Assembly (NCBI GenBank): GCA_963705285.1
Contig: OY970066.1
Location: 2,168,094-2,232,093 of the forward strand
Direction: 5' to 3'
Source: an uncultured Chitinophagaceae bacterium
Lineage (GTDB): Bacteria > Bacteroidota > Bacteroidia > Chitinophagales > Chitinophagaceae
DNA: 64,000 bases
In this document: piece by piece, positions 1 to 9,968 of the stretch
Numbering within the stretch: position 1 is the first letter of the stretch
Layout: every line of letters starts with the position of its first letter
Translations under genes and position numbers: made by a program
The notes under the pieces: model-generated
Database searches by the model: none
Told to the model about the DNA's origin: nothing
The model's input: only the letters and a program-made list of their open reading frames with translations

Positions 1-1090
1 CTTTACCTTCACTCCAGAACCCACCCTTTGCATAGATGCGGCCAAGGTTGGTATCTTTTATTTCGTCAATACCAAACTGTCTTTCCAGCATGCGTTGCGA
101 ACTTTCCGCAGGAAGAATGGTATTCAGCCGCCGGAAAGCGCGCATGATAGCCATTAAATCATTTACCGAAAAATGCCACCCCACCGCGCCGCACCGCGGC
201 GACTGATCGCCCGAATTCCAGCCCGGTGCCATTGGGGGAACAGGGTAGGCCAGTGCATGGTCGCTTGTATGATCAAGCGTTGAACCTACACCCGCGGGCG
301 CCAGAATATGTTCATTCACATAAGAGGTATAGTAACGAATGGTGGTGCTGTCCCAATAGACATCGTTTGTGGTAGGCAATAAATTAAAAAGCCATGGCGC
401 ATCAATAGTACTGATGAGTATGCGGCACAGCGCATAATTAATATTCAGGTACCCGGGCATGCCGGTGGCGTTTTGGGCAATGCTGTTTTTCATGGCTATG
501 AAATCACATGGACCGGGAGAACCGGGTACTACCAATCCTGACTTGTGATTGAGCAAATTTCTGAAGGTAATCTTGTCAATACCCGATCCTTTTGTCCAAT
601 ACTTGGGCAGATAAGGCAATATCGACGCATCGGGAGAAATGTTATGGTATTCCAGCACCCTGGTCATGGCCATGGCGGTGATGAGTTTGCTTAAACTTGC
701 CACATGCATTTGCACATCCAGTGTCCATGGAACACCGGCCGGCCTGTCTGGTCCGCTGTCTGAAGCCAATATGGCCATCCGGTAAGAATCGCTGAATAAT
801 ACTTTTCCGTTGCGGCACAGTTGCATTGAATAGCCGCTCACGCATTTGCGTAATAATGTTTGTAAGTCGCTTAGTAATTGCGGCACATTTAAACGGTAGA
901 ACCATCCTGCCGGTGGTGGTGGAAGCTTTGGCTCCTTATCGGGGTCGCCATCGCTGGGCATCCTTAAATCAAACTGAACAATGCTATCGCCATGTGTGGC
1001 CGGCAGAAGTTCATGCGTACGCAACGATTGTTCCGTCAATCCCAGTCTGTGCAGTATGGCAACCAGTCTGGGCTCCAGATGTTCTTCCAT
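1..1090 (-). CDS. serine hydrolase / beta-lactamase-family protein (C-terminus runs off the window start)
   Basis: Absent from the ORF track because it is open at the window edge. My reverse-strand translation from ATG (complement of 1088-1090) reads MEEHLEPRLVAILHRLGLTEQS... with no stop down to nt 1. It contains an S-x-x-K motif (VASLSKLITAM, about nt 690-715), typical of class C beta-lactamase/PBP-like hydrolases. Confidence 0.6.
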   Translation of the reverse strand, partial: MEEHLEPRLVAILHRLGLTEQSLRTHELLPATHGDSIVQFDLRMPSDGDPDKEPKLPPPPAGWFYRLNVPQLLSDLQTLLRKCVSGYSMQLCRNGKVLFSDSYRMAILASDSGPDRPAGVPWTLDVQMHVASLSKLITAMAMTRVLEYHNISPDASILPYLPKYWTKGSGIDKITFRNLLNHKSGLVVPGSPGPCDFIAMKNSIAQNATGMPGYLNINYALCRILISTIDAPWLFNLLPTTNDVYWDSTTIRYYTSYVNEHILAPAGVGSTLDHTSDHALAYPVPPMAPGWNSGDQSPRCGAVGWHFSVNDLMAIMRAFRRLNTILPAESSQRMLERQFGIDEIKDTNLGRIYAKGGFWSEGK

Positions 1091-1203
1091 GAGGCCTCCT
1101 TTTTTATGAATTTACAACAAGAATATGGCCACAAAAGAAAAAGATGGTAATTACGCTACACGACCCGATTTGACATGCCGTTGAAAGTTTAGTGGTTGCA
1201 CAT

Positions 1204-2034
1204 TCATGCCTCTGCACTGGCCAGTGTTTGAGTACGTCGGCGCCATTGAAGATAGGCCGTGGCAAGTATACCAGCTGCAAGCACTGCCAACTGCAGAAAA
1301 ATGCCCATACGCTGCGCGTTGGTAGCGCCATTGCCGATATAATTTAATTCGCAAATACCCTCACTGCCTTTTAGCCCGGTAATTCTTTGCATGAGGTTTA
1401 CAGCAACGTGAATGCCTGCAGGTACTGCAATGCCGCGCGACCAGGCAGCCCCTGCACCAAAAACAAACGCCCACGTAAATGGACCGAGAAAAGCGATATA
1501 CCATGTCCAGCCCATGGCTACGTGGTACAACGCAAATGCGGTAGCCGTTATTAGCTGCGTGGCAGGCAGGCCATACGCCTTTTGCAGCGAGACAAAAGAG
1601 TAAGAACGGAAAGCGACTTCTTCCATGATCGCCAGCGGTAAGATAATTAGCAATCCGGTTACCATCCATGCATCCGGATGCCAGCTGTTCCATACCAGGC
1701 GTACTCCCGGCACCATCAGCAGCATGGCGTACATGAAGATGAACATGCATGTGCCAAGTAGCCATCCATTGAAAAAACGCCTGAGGGTTCCGGATGAAAG
1801 CGTTAACCCGATAGATGAAAATTTGTTATTCTCAAACAGTAAAAATAACCACGTAATTAACAAAGCTGCTATTGTTCCGGACACCCAGTTCTTCATTTTA
1901 TTAAAATAAACACCGCCAGGTGCCAGACCTAATAATGTGCCTGTTGCCCAATATAAGCCTACAAAGGCCATCCAGTACACAACAACCCGTACAACTGTTG
2001 TTGTTTTTAAAGCGCCAAACATCATTCTTTTCAT
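1204..2034 (-). CDS. CPBP family intramembrane glutamic endopeptidase (CAAX protease-like)
   Basis: 276-aa polytopic membrane ORF with the CPBP motifs EEVAFR (MEEVAFRSY) and a downstream FALYH histidine motif. Confidence 0.8.
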   Translation of the reverse strand: MKRMMFGALKTTTVVRVVVYWMAFVGLYWATGTLLGLAPGGVYFNKMKNWVSGTIAALLITWLFLLFENNKFSSIGLTLSSGTLRRFFNGWLLGTCMFIFMYAMLLMVPGVRLVWNSWHPDAWMVTGLLIILPLAIMEEVAFRSYSFVSLQKAYGLPATQLITATAFALYHVAMGWTWYIAFLGPFTWAFVFGAGAAWSRGIAVPAGIHVAVNLMQRITGLKGSEGICELNYIGNGATNAQRMGIFLQLAVLAAGILATAYLQWRRRTQTLASAEA

Positions 2035-2126
2035 ATGGCTGTAAAACTATGGCACAACCTGTCTGTGTGTTTGCGACAAATGCATTTGACGGCAAAATGA
2101 CGTAATTTGTCGCACGGTCATCAGTT

Positions 2127-2582
2127 ATGGATCAAGTCAATAAAAATAAAATTGCGGATTGGGTTAAGCAGGCACGAGCCGGCAAGGGCTACACCCAACA
2201 GGAATTGTCTGATCTGGCGGGAATCAGTCTGCGGTCTGTACAACGGATTGAAAATGCAGAAGTAGTGCCCAGAGCATATACAGTTAGGGTGCTTGCAGAA
2301 AGGCTGGGGTCATGGCCAGCGAGCGAGGCCGAGGATGTATGTAACGTTGATAACCATCACCCCCAGCCCAAAACGGAGGATGCTGTTGCTGCGGCTCCAC
2401 AAAAATTAAACAACCAAAGAAAAGTCATTTTATCTGCTGGTACAGGTGTAGTGCTGTTGCTGGGCACAACTGCATTTATAGCTCAATCGGCCCATTTTCC
2501 GGAAACATTGTTTGAGGGATTGTTATTGTGGACGAGTGTTGCGGCGTTATATACTTTCATTTTATACCGAATTTGGAAATAG
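2127..2582 (+). CDS. XRE-family helix-turn-helix protein with C-terminal membrane anchor
   Basis: N-terminal HTH (GYTQQELSDLAGISLRSVQRIENAE) and hydrophobic C-terminal segments. Divergent from the CPBP gene. Confidence 0.7.
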   Translation: MDQVNKNKIADWVKQARAGKGYTQQELSDLAGISLRSVQRIENAEVVPRAYTVRVLAERLGSWPASEAEDVCNVDNHHPQPKTEDAVAAAPQKLNNQRKVILSAGTGVVLLLGTTAFIAQSAHFPETLFEGLLLWTSVAALYTFILYRIWK

Positions 2583-2678
2583 AAAGTGATCCATCCATTT
2601 TGCCATCTTAGTGCACGCTGCTTCTTACCACACCATTCTATTAAAAGCAAACCGTTACAACGGTTGAGTGATTAAACA

Positions 2679-3353
2679 CTACTTTTCTGCGGCCACTTTA
2701 ATATCCCTGAAAAATGCATCGGTACCACCGTCTACGAACAAACCGATGGCCCCGCTGGACGTTGCCCCCAGCTTCAAGTCGCTCACAATTAATACCGGTT
2801 GCGGATGGTCGTTCAGATAAAGTTTGGCCCCGGCATCCTTAACCACTATTTTCAATTTTATCCATTCATTTAGCCCCATATCGGCATATGATTCATATTT
2901 TCCCTCTGCTTCTTTTCGCAACCTGTCGAACTTATAATCAGGATAAGAAAAATATTGGGTAGAATGATTTCTGCGCAGTTGGTCTTCCGCCCTGCCATTA
3001 GTGGGTCTTATGTAGATGCATTCAAATTTGCTATTATCGTCAGCAATCCTGAATGCTACGCCAATAAAGCCCCGTGCACCGGCATCAGCTGTAGGCAGCA
3101 ACCGGCTCAACAGCAGTACTTCAATGGTGCCGTTACTGAAACTACCGGTGTTGCTCAAGCGCACAAAAGTGGGAATATCCGCACCTTTAATGGCAGTGTC
3201 CCGTGAAATCCGCACCGCTTTTTTGCCATCAATACTGGTAACAGACATGGTCACCTGCACAGGCTGCAGATCATGATTTTCGAAACGCGTTTGTTGGGCC
3301 CATCCGGTGGCGGCAAAGGCCGAAAAAAACAACGTGATGATTGATATGCGCAT
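2679..3353 (-). CDS. secreted concanavalin-A-like lectin/glucanase-fold protein (DUF1080-like), function unknown
   Basis: 224 aa with an N-terminal signal peptide (MRISIITLFFSAFAATGWAQQ). Beta-rich sequence ending in a ...GLFVDGGTDAFFRDIKV pattern reminiscent of DUF1080/LamG-type domains. The family assignment is tentative. Confidence 0.45.
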   Translation of the reverse strand: MRISIITLFFSAFAATGWAQQTRFENHDLQPVQVTMSVTSIDGKKAVRISRDTAIKGADIPTFVRLSNTGSFSNGTIEVLLLSRLLPTADAGARGFIGVAFRIADDNSKFECIYIRPTNGRAEDQLRRNHSTQYFSYPDYKFDRLRKEAEGKYESYADMGLNEWIKLKIVVKDAGAKLYLNDHPQPVLIVSDLKLGATSSGAIGLFVDGGTDAFFRDIKVAAEK

Positions 3354-3981
3354 AGTATTTTTTTTATTCGGTTCCTGTCCCCACTAACCAATCAACTGCT
3401 TGGCCGCTTCTTTTAGTAAGCCACCGCAGCATGGCAAAATTAATCCCGGTAAATATGGCTGCCAGAAAAGCCCGGCCATATTGAATGAATATAGTTGCAA
3501 ACCGTTTTACCGGATCAATGTTCTTCCGGAGTTTTCATGGTGTGATGTGGTCGATTATTAAAAGCGTACTGCAATGTAACAAAATTGAATAGTAGGTTGT
3601 GCAGTTTTGCCTGTTGGAATTGTTTTTAACAATCTTCCTACATGAGTGGGTATGTTACCAGTTGCAGGCAATTGGATGCAAAGCTACAGGCGCTGATGAA
3701 GTTAATGTTTCCTTTTCCTGATTGGATCGGCTACCCAAGTGCTGAGCAGCTTCATTCAGTTACGCTGGATTCTTCAACCTGGGGTATTGCTGCAAACGGG
3801 TAAATGCACGAAGGCTCATATTGCAGCCGCTCACTTTACTACAACGGATAGCGTCGGCCTGATGTAATTGGTGGAAGGTTTGAACGCTTGCCCATTGCCA
3901 GGGCGGTGATAAACTATTTTGTGCTGATGCGTTTGCCGGCGCAGGGTTGAATGAAAAGGGGTTTAATTTTTCTTTATAGTT

Positions 3982-4013
3982 TTGGCCGCATATACAGATT
4001 TATAAGTGGCCAA
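3982..4013. repeat. 32-bp palindromic element, degenerate copy 1 (TTGGCCGCATATA-N6-TATAAGTGGCCAA)
   Basis: Read directly. Related to the copies at 4036-4067 and 5598-5629. Confidence 0.7.
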
Positions 4014-4035
4014 AACTATCAATTTATAAATAGTT

Positions 4036-4067
4036 TTGGCCGGATATAATTTTATATATCCGGCCAA
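4036..4067. repeat. 32-bp perfect palindrome TTGGCCGGATATA-N6-TATATCCGGCCAA, copy 2 (possible operator)
   Basis: The 13-nt arms are exact reverse complements. Lies 33 nt upstream of the ATPase start codon at 4100. Confidence 0.8.
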
Positions 4068-4099
4068 ATGTGTAGTTTCGTTGCAGAAAAATCTTTGTT

Positions 4100-5542
4100 A
4101 TGGGTGCTATCTGCGGGCGGGAAAAAGAAATAGATATGCTGGACGAACTATTAAAATCAAAGTCGGCAGACCTGCTGGTGGTATATGGAAGGCGGCGTGT
4201 AGGAAAAACATTTATCATTCAGACCTACCTGCATGATCATATGGTTTTTCATTTAACAGGTATGTACCAGGCGGGTTTAAAAGAGCAGCTACAGCAGTTT
4301 AGCCTGGCCCTGCAGCAGGCCAGCCGGTCGGCAATGGCACTGCGGCCTCCGTTAAACTGGATTGATGCCTTCCAGGCGTTACAGGCATATCTTTCTCCCA
4401 TGCTGCAAAAGAAAAAACTGGTGGTTTTCCTGGATGAATTTCCGTGGCTGGATGGAAGAAAATCGGGTTTTCTTTCGGCCTTTGAACATTTCTGGAATAA
4501 CTGGGCCAGCCGCCAACCCCAGTTGCTGATGGTTGTATGTGGTTCTTCTGCCAGCTGGATGCTGAGTAAGATTATCAATAACAAAGGCGGATTACACAAC
4601 CGCATTACGGCAAAAATGCCACTGGCTCCTTTTACGCTGGCGGAAACAGAAGAATACCTGAAAAGCACCGGTTGTAAATTGGACCGTTACCAGATACTGC
4701 AGGTATATATGGCTTTTGGTGGCATTCCGCATTATTTGAAGACGGTAGGAAAAGATAAAAGTGCGGCGCAAGTAATTGAAAGAACTTGTTTTTCGAGACA
4801 GGGCTTGCTTACCGGCGAATTTGATAATCTATACAACTCTCTATTTGAACTGGCCGATAATCATATTAAAGTGGTAAGGGCTTTGGCTGCTAAAGGCAAG
4901 GGATATACAAGGCAGGAGTTGATAACGGTGTGCGGGTTAAGTTCGGGCGGCAGGGCCACTGTTGTTCTTGAAGAACTGGAAAAATCAGGTTTTATACAGG
5001 CTACTGTTCCCTACGGTAAAATTGCCAAGGATGTTATTTACAGGCTGATTGATGAATTCTCTATTTTCTACCTGAAATTTATGGACAAACGCAAGCGTGG
5101 CGGGAAGGATGTTTGGGCAAGAATAAGTGAAGAGCCGTCTTATGCTATTTGGTGCGGCATTGCATTTGAAGCTGTTTGCCTAAAGCATGTTGAACAGATT
5201 ATGGAAGGGCTAAAAATACGAAAGGGTGCAGAAATTGCCGCCTGGCGTTATGTGCCTGCAAAAGGCAGCAAGGAAAAAGGTGCGCAAATTGATTTAATCA
5301 TCGACAGAAAAGATCTGATCATCAACATCTGCGAAATGAAGTTTTATAATAAACCTTTTGTAATAGATAAAAAATACGCCCAGGCAATACAACAAAAAAT
5401 GGATGTATTTACAGCCAAAATGAAGCCCCGTAAAACGTTGTTTGTATCAATGATCACCACCTATGGTATTGCAGATAATGCGTATGCAGACCAACTGGTG
5501 CAGCAGCAGGTAAATATGAATGTGCTGTTCAAAACCATTTAA
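4100..5542 (+). CDS. AAA+ ATPase (archaeal-ATPase / DUF234-type ATP-binding protein)
   Basis: 480 aa. N-terminal GREKEIDML...LLVVYGRRRVGKTF Walker A; LVVFLDEFPW Walker B-like; C-terminal winged-helix/DUF234-like tail. Confidence 0.75.
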   Translation: MGAICGREKEIDMLDELLKSKSADLLVVYGRRRVGKTFIIQTYLHDHMVFHLTGMYQAGLKEQLQQFSLALQQASRSAMALRPPLNWIDAFQALQAYLSPMLQKKKLVVFLDEFPWLDGRKSGFLSAFEHFWNNWASRQPQLLMVVCGSSASWMLSKIINNKGGLHNRITAKMPLAPFTLAETEEYLKSTGCKLDRYQILQVYMAFGGIPHYLKTVGKDKSAAQVIERTCFSRQGLLTGEFDNLYNSLFELADNHIKVVRALAAKGKGYTRQELITVCGLSSGGRATVVLEELEKSGFIQATVPYGKIAKDVIYRLIDEFSIFYLKFMDKRKRGGKDVWARISEEPSYAIWCGIAFEAVCLKHVEQIMEGLKIRKGAEIAAWRYVPAKGSKEKGAQIDLIIDRKDLIINICEMKFYNKPFVIDKKYAQAIQQKMDVFTAKMKPRKTLFVSMITTYGIADNAYADQLVQQQVNMNVLFKTI

Positions 5543-5597
5543 AGAATGGGAAGAATACTTTATGGCAGGGCGTCCAATTGTATATCTGGTGGGAGAT

Positions 5598-5629
5598 TTG
5601 GCCGGATATAAAAAATTATATGCGGCCAA
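5598..5629. repeat. 32-bp palindromic element, copy 3 (TTGGCCGGATATA-N6-TATATGCGGCCAA)
   Basis: One arm mismatch. Lies 55 nt downstream of the ATPase stop, so the gene is bracketed by this element. Confidence 0.75.
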
Positions 5630-5652
5630 ATCCTGAAAATCTATCATTCTCA

Positions 5653-6381
5653 TTACGCTCTTAATTTATAGAAAACAATCATGCACACCGATACAATAAC
5701 AATTATGCTCCACCACAACCCTCTTTTGGTATTTCTATCAATGTTTTTATTGGTTTGCACTGCATAGAATCCACGTACGAGCAGGATTATTGCAACCACA
5801 CCGCTAATGCCAACAATGATCTTATTAGTAAGCGTATACACCGCAATGAGTGCGATAACGGTTATCAACACCCCTGCTATTTCCATTCTTTGCCGGTTAT
5901 TGATCTTTGGCGGTGTTATTGGGCGGATGGCAGACAATGTGGCTACCAGGCCTTCGTAATCATTGATGCCGTACGGTATAACGATATAGTCTGTAGCTGT
6001 TTTACCCCGCACCAACAGACTTTTATTTTTATATTGTGTTATGGCAGTAACCTCGTTAAAATAAATAGTTATCTCCGGTGTATTCGCCTGCTCGCGTGTT
6101 AATAGATTGCCGGTTACAGTGAGGCGATAGCTTTCCAGCAATAAGCGCTGCTTTTTTGAACCCCGGTAAGCGCTCAACCCCAATACGATGGCCATGATGG
6201 GGATGATCAGCAACAAAGATCCGGTGTTTGAGTTGGCGCCGTTATTGGCGTATAACACTACTGCTACACCAATTGCCGGAACAAGGAGAAAAGTTGGGAT
6301 GTATTTCTTCCAGAATTGCCTGATCATTGTAGAAATGGAGGCGCTGGGAACCTGGTATTGCTGCATGGAGTAAAGGAACAT
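5653..6381 (-). CDS. hypothetical membrane protein
   Basis: 242-aa ORF with about 5 hydrophobic helices flanking a soluble central segment. No recognisable motif; the start codon is uncertain. Confidence 0.5.
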   Translation of the reverse strand: MFLYSMQQYQVPSASISTMIRQFWKKYIPTFLLVPAIGVAVVLYANNGANSNTGSLLLIIPIMAIVLGLSAYRGSKKQRLLLESYRLTVTGNLLTREQANTPEITIYFNEVTAITQYKNKSLLVRGKTATDYIVIPYGINDYEGLVATLSAIRPITPPKINNRQRMEIAGVLITVIALIAVYTLTNKIIVGISGVVAIILLVRGFYAVQTNKNIDRNTKRGLWWSIIVIVSVCMIVFYKLRA

Positions 6382-6592
6382 CGTTTTTACTAATTAACAA
6401 ACAGTCTTTCGTATTCAAATAATTTTTTCATCCTGGAGGGATGATAGCTGTTGTAAGGCTTTAGCCCGGTATGATGAGTATGATTTTATTGCGATCCCCT
6501 GCCGCTATAATTTCTTTTTGAAGCAGGAGTTTATCGGTATTTTCAATTGTTAACACTGGCATCATTGGTAACCTGTTAAATGAAGATGAATC

Positions 6593-8398
6593 ATGCAGCT
6601 TAGAGCATTTCTGTTGAGCACATTGTTACTCGGTGGCGGAAAAGCCATGGCGCAACTTTGTCCGCTACCTACCAACTGGTCGGCCAGCGCCTACCAGGCG
6701 CCCGTGCCTCACCCGGAATATCCCAGGCCCCAATGCCAGCGTAAAGAATGGCTTTGCCTCAATGGTATGTGGGATTATACCGGCGGTAAAGACGCGCCCG
6801 ACGCACAGCATCCCGAAGCAGCTATTTCCTTCTCAGGTAAATCGGAAAAAATAAAAGTTCCTTTTTGCCCTGAATCATACTTGTCGCATATTCAGCGCAA
6901 CCAGGAAATCAATATGTGGTACCACAGAAATGTGAGGATACCCGACAACTGGAAAGGTAAACAGGTGTTGCTGCACCTGGAAGCGGTTGACCACATCGCC
7001 ACTGTTTTTGTAAACGGGCAACAAGCGGGCAGGCATGAAGGCGGCTATGATAGTTTTGTCTTTAATATAACCCGGCTGTTAAAAAGCGGTGATAACAGCA
7101 TTGTTATTGCTGCGTATGATGCCAATGATGGCCGAACCCCTTCTGGTAAAAACGGTCCACGGGGAGATTATACATTTACATCGGGCATCTGGCAAAGCGT
7201 TTGGATGGAGCCTGTTAACCAAACGTATATTGAAGACTTCCGGCTTACACCCAACCTTTCGCGTGGCGGTGTGGCTATCAGCATACAGGCTGCATCCGGA
7301 ATGAAAGTGAAAGCAGTGGCGTTAAAAAATAATATGCCGGTGGCCACCATAACTGCCGCCAGTAATGACACCTTTTTTCTGCCCATCAACCGGCCTGTTT
7401 ACTGGACGCCGGATACGCCTTTTTTGTACGACTTGCAACTGAGCCTGCTAGACGGCAAAGGAAATACTGTGGATGCCGTAAGTACCTATTTTGGAATGAG
7501 AAGTATTGAACTGGGCATGTTAAATGGTATTCACCGGCCATTGCTAAACGGCAAATTTGAAATGCAAATGGGTTTGCTTGACCAGGGCTATTGGCCCGAT
7601 GGTATACTTACGCCACCTGGTGATGAGGCATTGCAGTATGATATGAAAATGTCTAAACAAGCGGGTTTTAACCTGATCAGAAAACACATGAAGACAGAGA
7701 ACAAGCGCTTTTATTATTGGGCAGACAAAATGGGACTGTTGCTGTGGCAAGACATGCCGGCCATCTGGTACCAGAATGAAGACACTGCAGCAAACAGGTC
7801 GCGCTTTAGAAAAGAATGGAAAGCCATTATGGACGATCATTACAACTCACCTTCTATTATTGCATGGGTGCCTTTCAACGAAAACTGGGGTGCCTTTGAT
7901 GTGAAAGAAATTACAGATTGGACAAAAGCATATGATCCTTCACGGTTAGTGAATGGTAACTCAGGGTTTAACAATAACCCGTCGTATCAAAAAGCTTATG
8001 GCGATCCCGGCAATGGCGATTTTGTAGATACGCATATTTACGTGGGGCCTTACAAAGCGTCCATTCCGGATAAGAACAGGGCCGCCTCTCTTGGCGAATT
8101 TGGCGGGGTAGGGCTTTTTGTGCGGGGTCATATGTGGCCGGTGGAAAACAATGCGTATGACTATGCCACTACCGTGCAAACACTCACCGACCGGTATGCG
8201 CTGATGATAAACCAGGTGGAGCAACTGATGAAATACCGGGGACTGAGCGTTGCCATTTACACGCAAACCACTGATGTGGAACACGAAGTAAACGGTATAC
8301 TTACTTACGACCGAAAGGTGCAAAAGATGGATTTTATGCGTGTTGCTGCGGCCAATAAGGCCTTGATTGCGGCGGGGCGGGAATTGCCTCAAAAATAA
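6593..8398 (+). CDS. glycoside hydrolase family 2 protein
   Basis: 601 aa with a signal peptide. Has the GH2 sugar-binding pattern (VLLHLEAVDHIATVFVNGQ) and TIM-barrel motifs (FNLIRKHMKTE..., WVPFNENWG catalytic acid/base region). Confidence 0.8.
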   Translation: MQLRAFLLSTLLLGGGKAMAQLCPLPTNWSASAYQAPVPHPEYPRPQCQRKEWLCLNGMWDYTGGKDAPDAQHPEAAISFSGKSEKIKVPFCPESYLSHIQRNQEINMWYHRNVRIPDNWKGKQVLLHLEAVDHIATVFVNGQQAGRHEGGYDSFVFNITRLLKSGDNSIVIAAYDANDGRTPSGKNGPRGDYTFTSGIWQSVWMEPVNQTYIEDFRLTPNLSRGGVAISIQAASGMKVKAVALKNNMPVATITAASNDTFFLPINRPVYWTPDTPFLYDLQLSLLDGKGNTVDAVSTYFGMRSIELGMLNGIHRPLLNGKFEMQMGLLDQGYWPDGILTPPGDEALQYDMKMSKQAGFNLIRKHMKTENKRFYYWADKMGLLLWQDMPAIWYQNEDTAANRSRFRKEWKAIMDDHYNSPSIIAWVPFNENWGAFDVKEITDWTKAYDPSRLVNGNSGFNNNPSYQKAYGDPGNGDFVDTHIYVGPYKASIPDKNRAASLGEFGGVGLFVRGHMWPVENNAYDYATTVQTLTDRYALMINQVEQLMKYRGLSVAIYTQTTDVEHEVNGILTYDRKVQKMDFMRVAAANKALIAAGRELPQK

Positions 8399-8497
8399 AA
8401 TGGACAAGCCGACTCAACATCGATTTGTCCATTTTCTGATAACCCAGGCTATAATGTAGGAAGGGGTGCGTTCTCGCAAGATGAATTCTTTATCCAA

Positions 8498-8824
8498 TTA
8501 CTTCTGACGGAGACACAACCCATTTCCATCTATATCTTTCAGCCATGCAAACTTGCCCCAGGGTGTGTCATCAATTTTACCGACCTCAATACCATTTTTA
8601 TTAAGCGCCTTGATTTGTTTTTCAATATCGTCTGTCTCGCAAATAATGCCGTGAAAACCCGCGAGCGAAATGGTGGCACCTCCATTGGGCAGACCCATTT
8701 GTATCCATGTGTCGCCATGCGCTCCCGGCGCTTCAACAATGACGTTGAACCCTGCTTTCAAATAAAACTCTTTTGCTTTTTGCCTGTCTTTTACAGGAAT
8801 CATAATAATGTCTAGCGATTTCAT
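8498..8824 (-). CDS. VOC family protein (glyoxalase / bleomycin-resistance fold)
   Basis: The track ORF is 8498..8908. The likely true start is the internal ATG at 8824 (MKSLDIIMIPVKDRQKAKEFY...). Size and pattern are typical of a single VOC domain. Confidence 0.7.
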   Translation of the reverse strand: MKSLDIIMIPVKDRQKAKEFYLKAGFNVIVEAPGAHGDTWIQMGLPNGGATISLAGFHGIICETDDIEKQIKALNKNGIEVGKIDDTPWGKFAWLKDIDGNGLCLRQK

Positions 8825-8952
8825 GGCTGTATTTTTTTGATTAATATGCTTGTTTGCACGACAAAGGTATTTGCGCAATTGCATATCGATGCTAGGTGAA
8901 TACGACATTATTACACGTTGATTGCGACAATAAACTCCTGTAGATTTGCGGG

Positions 8953-9922
8953 ATGAAACACGTCTCTATCTTACCCCTATATGATGCAACGCTTACCAGT
9001 ATTGACAGCAGCCATCAACTCTTTTCAAGGGTGAATGACTTTATGCGTTACCAGGGCAAACCGCCATTTTATAAAGTGGAAGTGGTAGGTGTGGCAAAGA
9101 AAGCAACATTGAACGGTGGACTGTATAATATTTGTTCAGATAAGTTGACCAGTGAGATTGAAAAGACCGATGTAGTTGTTATTCCTTTGTTGTGTGGCGA
9201 TTTTACAAAAGGCCATTTCAAAAAATAAAAAATATATTGATTGGGTAACTTCCCAGTACCACCGAAATGCAGAGATTGTATGTCTTTGTGTAGGCTCTTT
9301 TTTTCTTGCATCCACAGGGCTTATGAAAAACAGGAAATGTGCTGTGCATTGGGCCGCAAGAAACGAGTTTACACAAATGTTTCCCGATATAAAAATTGTT
9401 GACGACGCCATTATCACAGATGAAAACGGCATATACACTTGTGGTGGCGGTTTTTCTTATCTCAACCTGTTGCTGTACATCATTGAAAAACATTTGGGCA
9501 GGGAAATATCTATACTCGCTTCCAAAATGTTTGAAATTGATATTGAAAGAAAAAGCCAGAACCCGTATGTAATATTTATGGGTCAGAAACAACATGGCGA
9601 TGAAGCTGTTTTACAAGCGCAGGCATTTATTGAAGGGAATCCTACTATAATTTTTACGGTAGATGAAATTTGTGATAAGTTTAGTGTGGGGCGCAGAACG
9701 TTTGAAAGGCGATTTAAAAAAAGTACCGGCAACTCTATTGCCGCGTACATACAAAGAGTAAAAGTGGAGTTCGCGAAAAAATATTTGGAGTCAGGTCGTA
9801 AAACAGTTAATGAAATTATTTATGAAACAGGCTATAACGACATTAATGCCTTTAGAAAAGTGTTTAAAAAGTTTACTGATTTATCTCCCATTGACTACCG
9901 AAAAAAATATGCGGTGCAATAA
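8953..9922 (+). pseudogene. GlxA-family AraC-type transcriptional regulator (DJ-1/PfpI domain + HTH_AraC), split by a frameshift near 9205-9215
   Basis: ORF 8953..9228 encodes the N-terminal DJ-1/PfpI-like part (...VVVIPLLCGDFTK). ORF 9176..9922, in another frame, continues with ...AISKNKKYIDWV... and ends with an AraC HTH (GRRTFERRFKKSTGNSIAAYIQRVKVEFAKKYL). Removing one base in ACAAAAGGCC joins them. Confidence 0.7.
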
Positions 9923-9968
9923 TCTACAAGGAAACAGAATCGTTTTGCAATAATTCTACAATAATTTT

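Noticed and set aside
3643-3804. 53-aa ORF (MSGYVTSCRQLDAKLQALMKLMFPFPDWIGY...) in the 750-bp gap upstream of the ATPase.
   Set aside because: It is short, has no motif and no visible ribosome-binding context. Evidence is insufficient.
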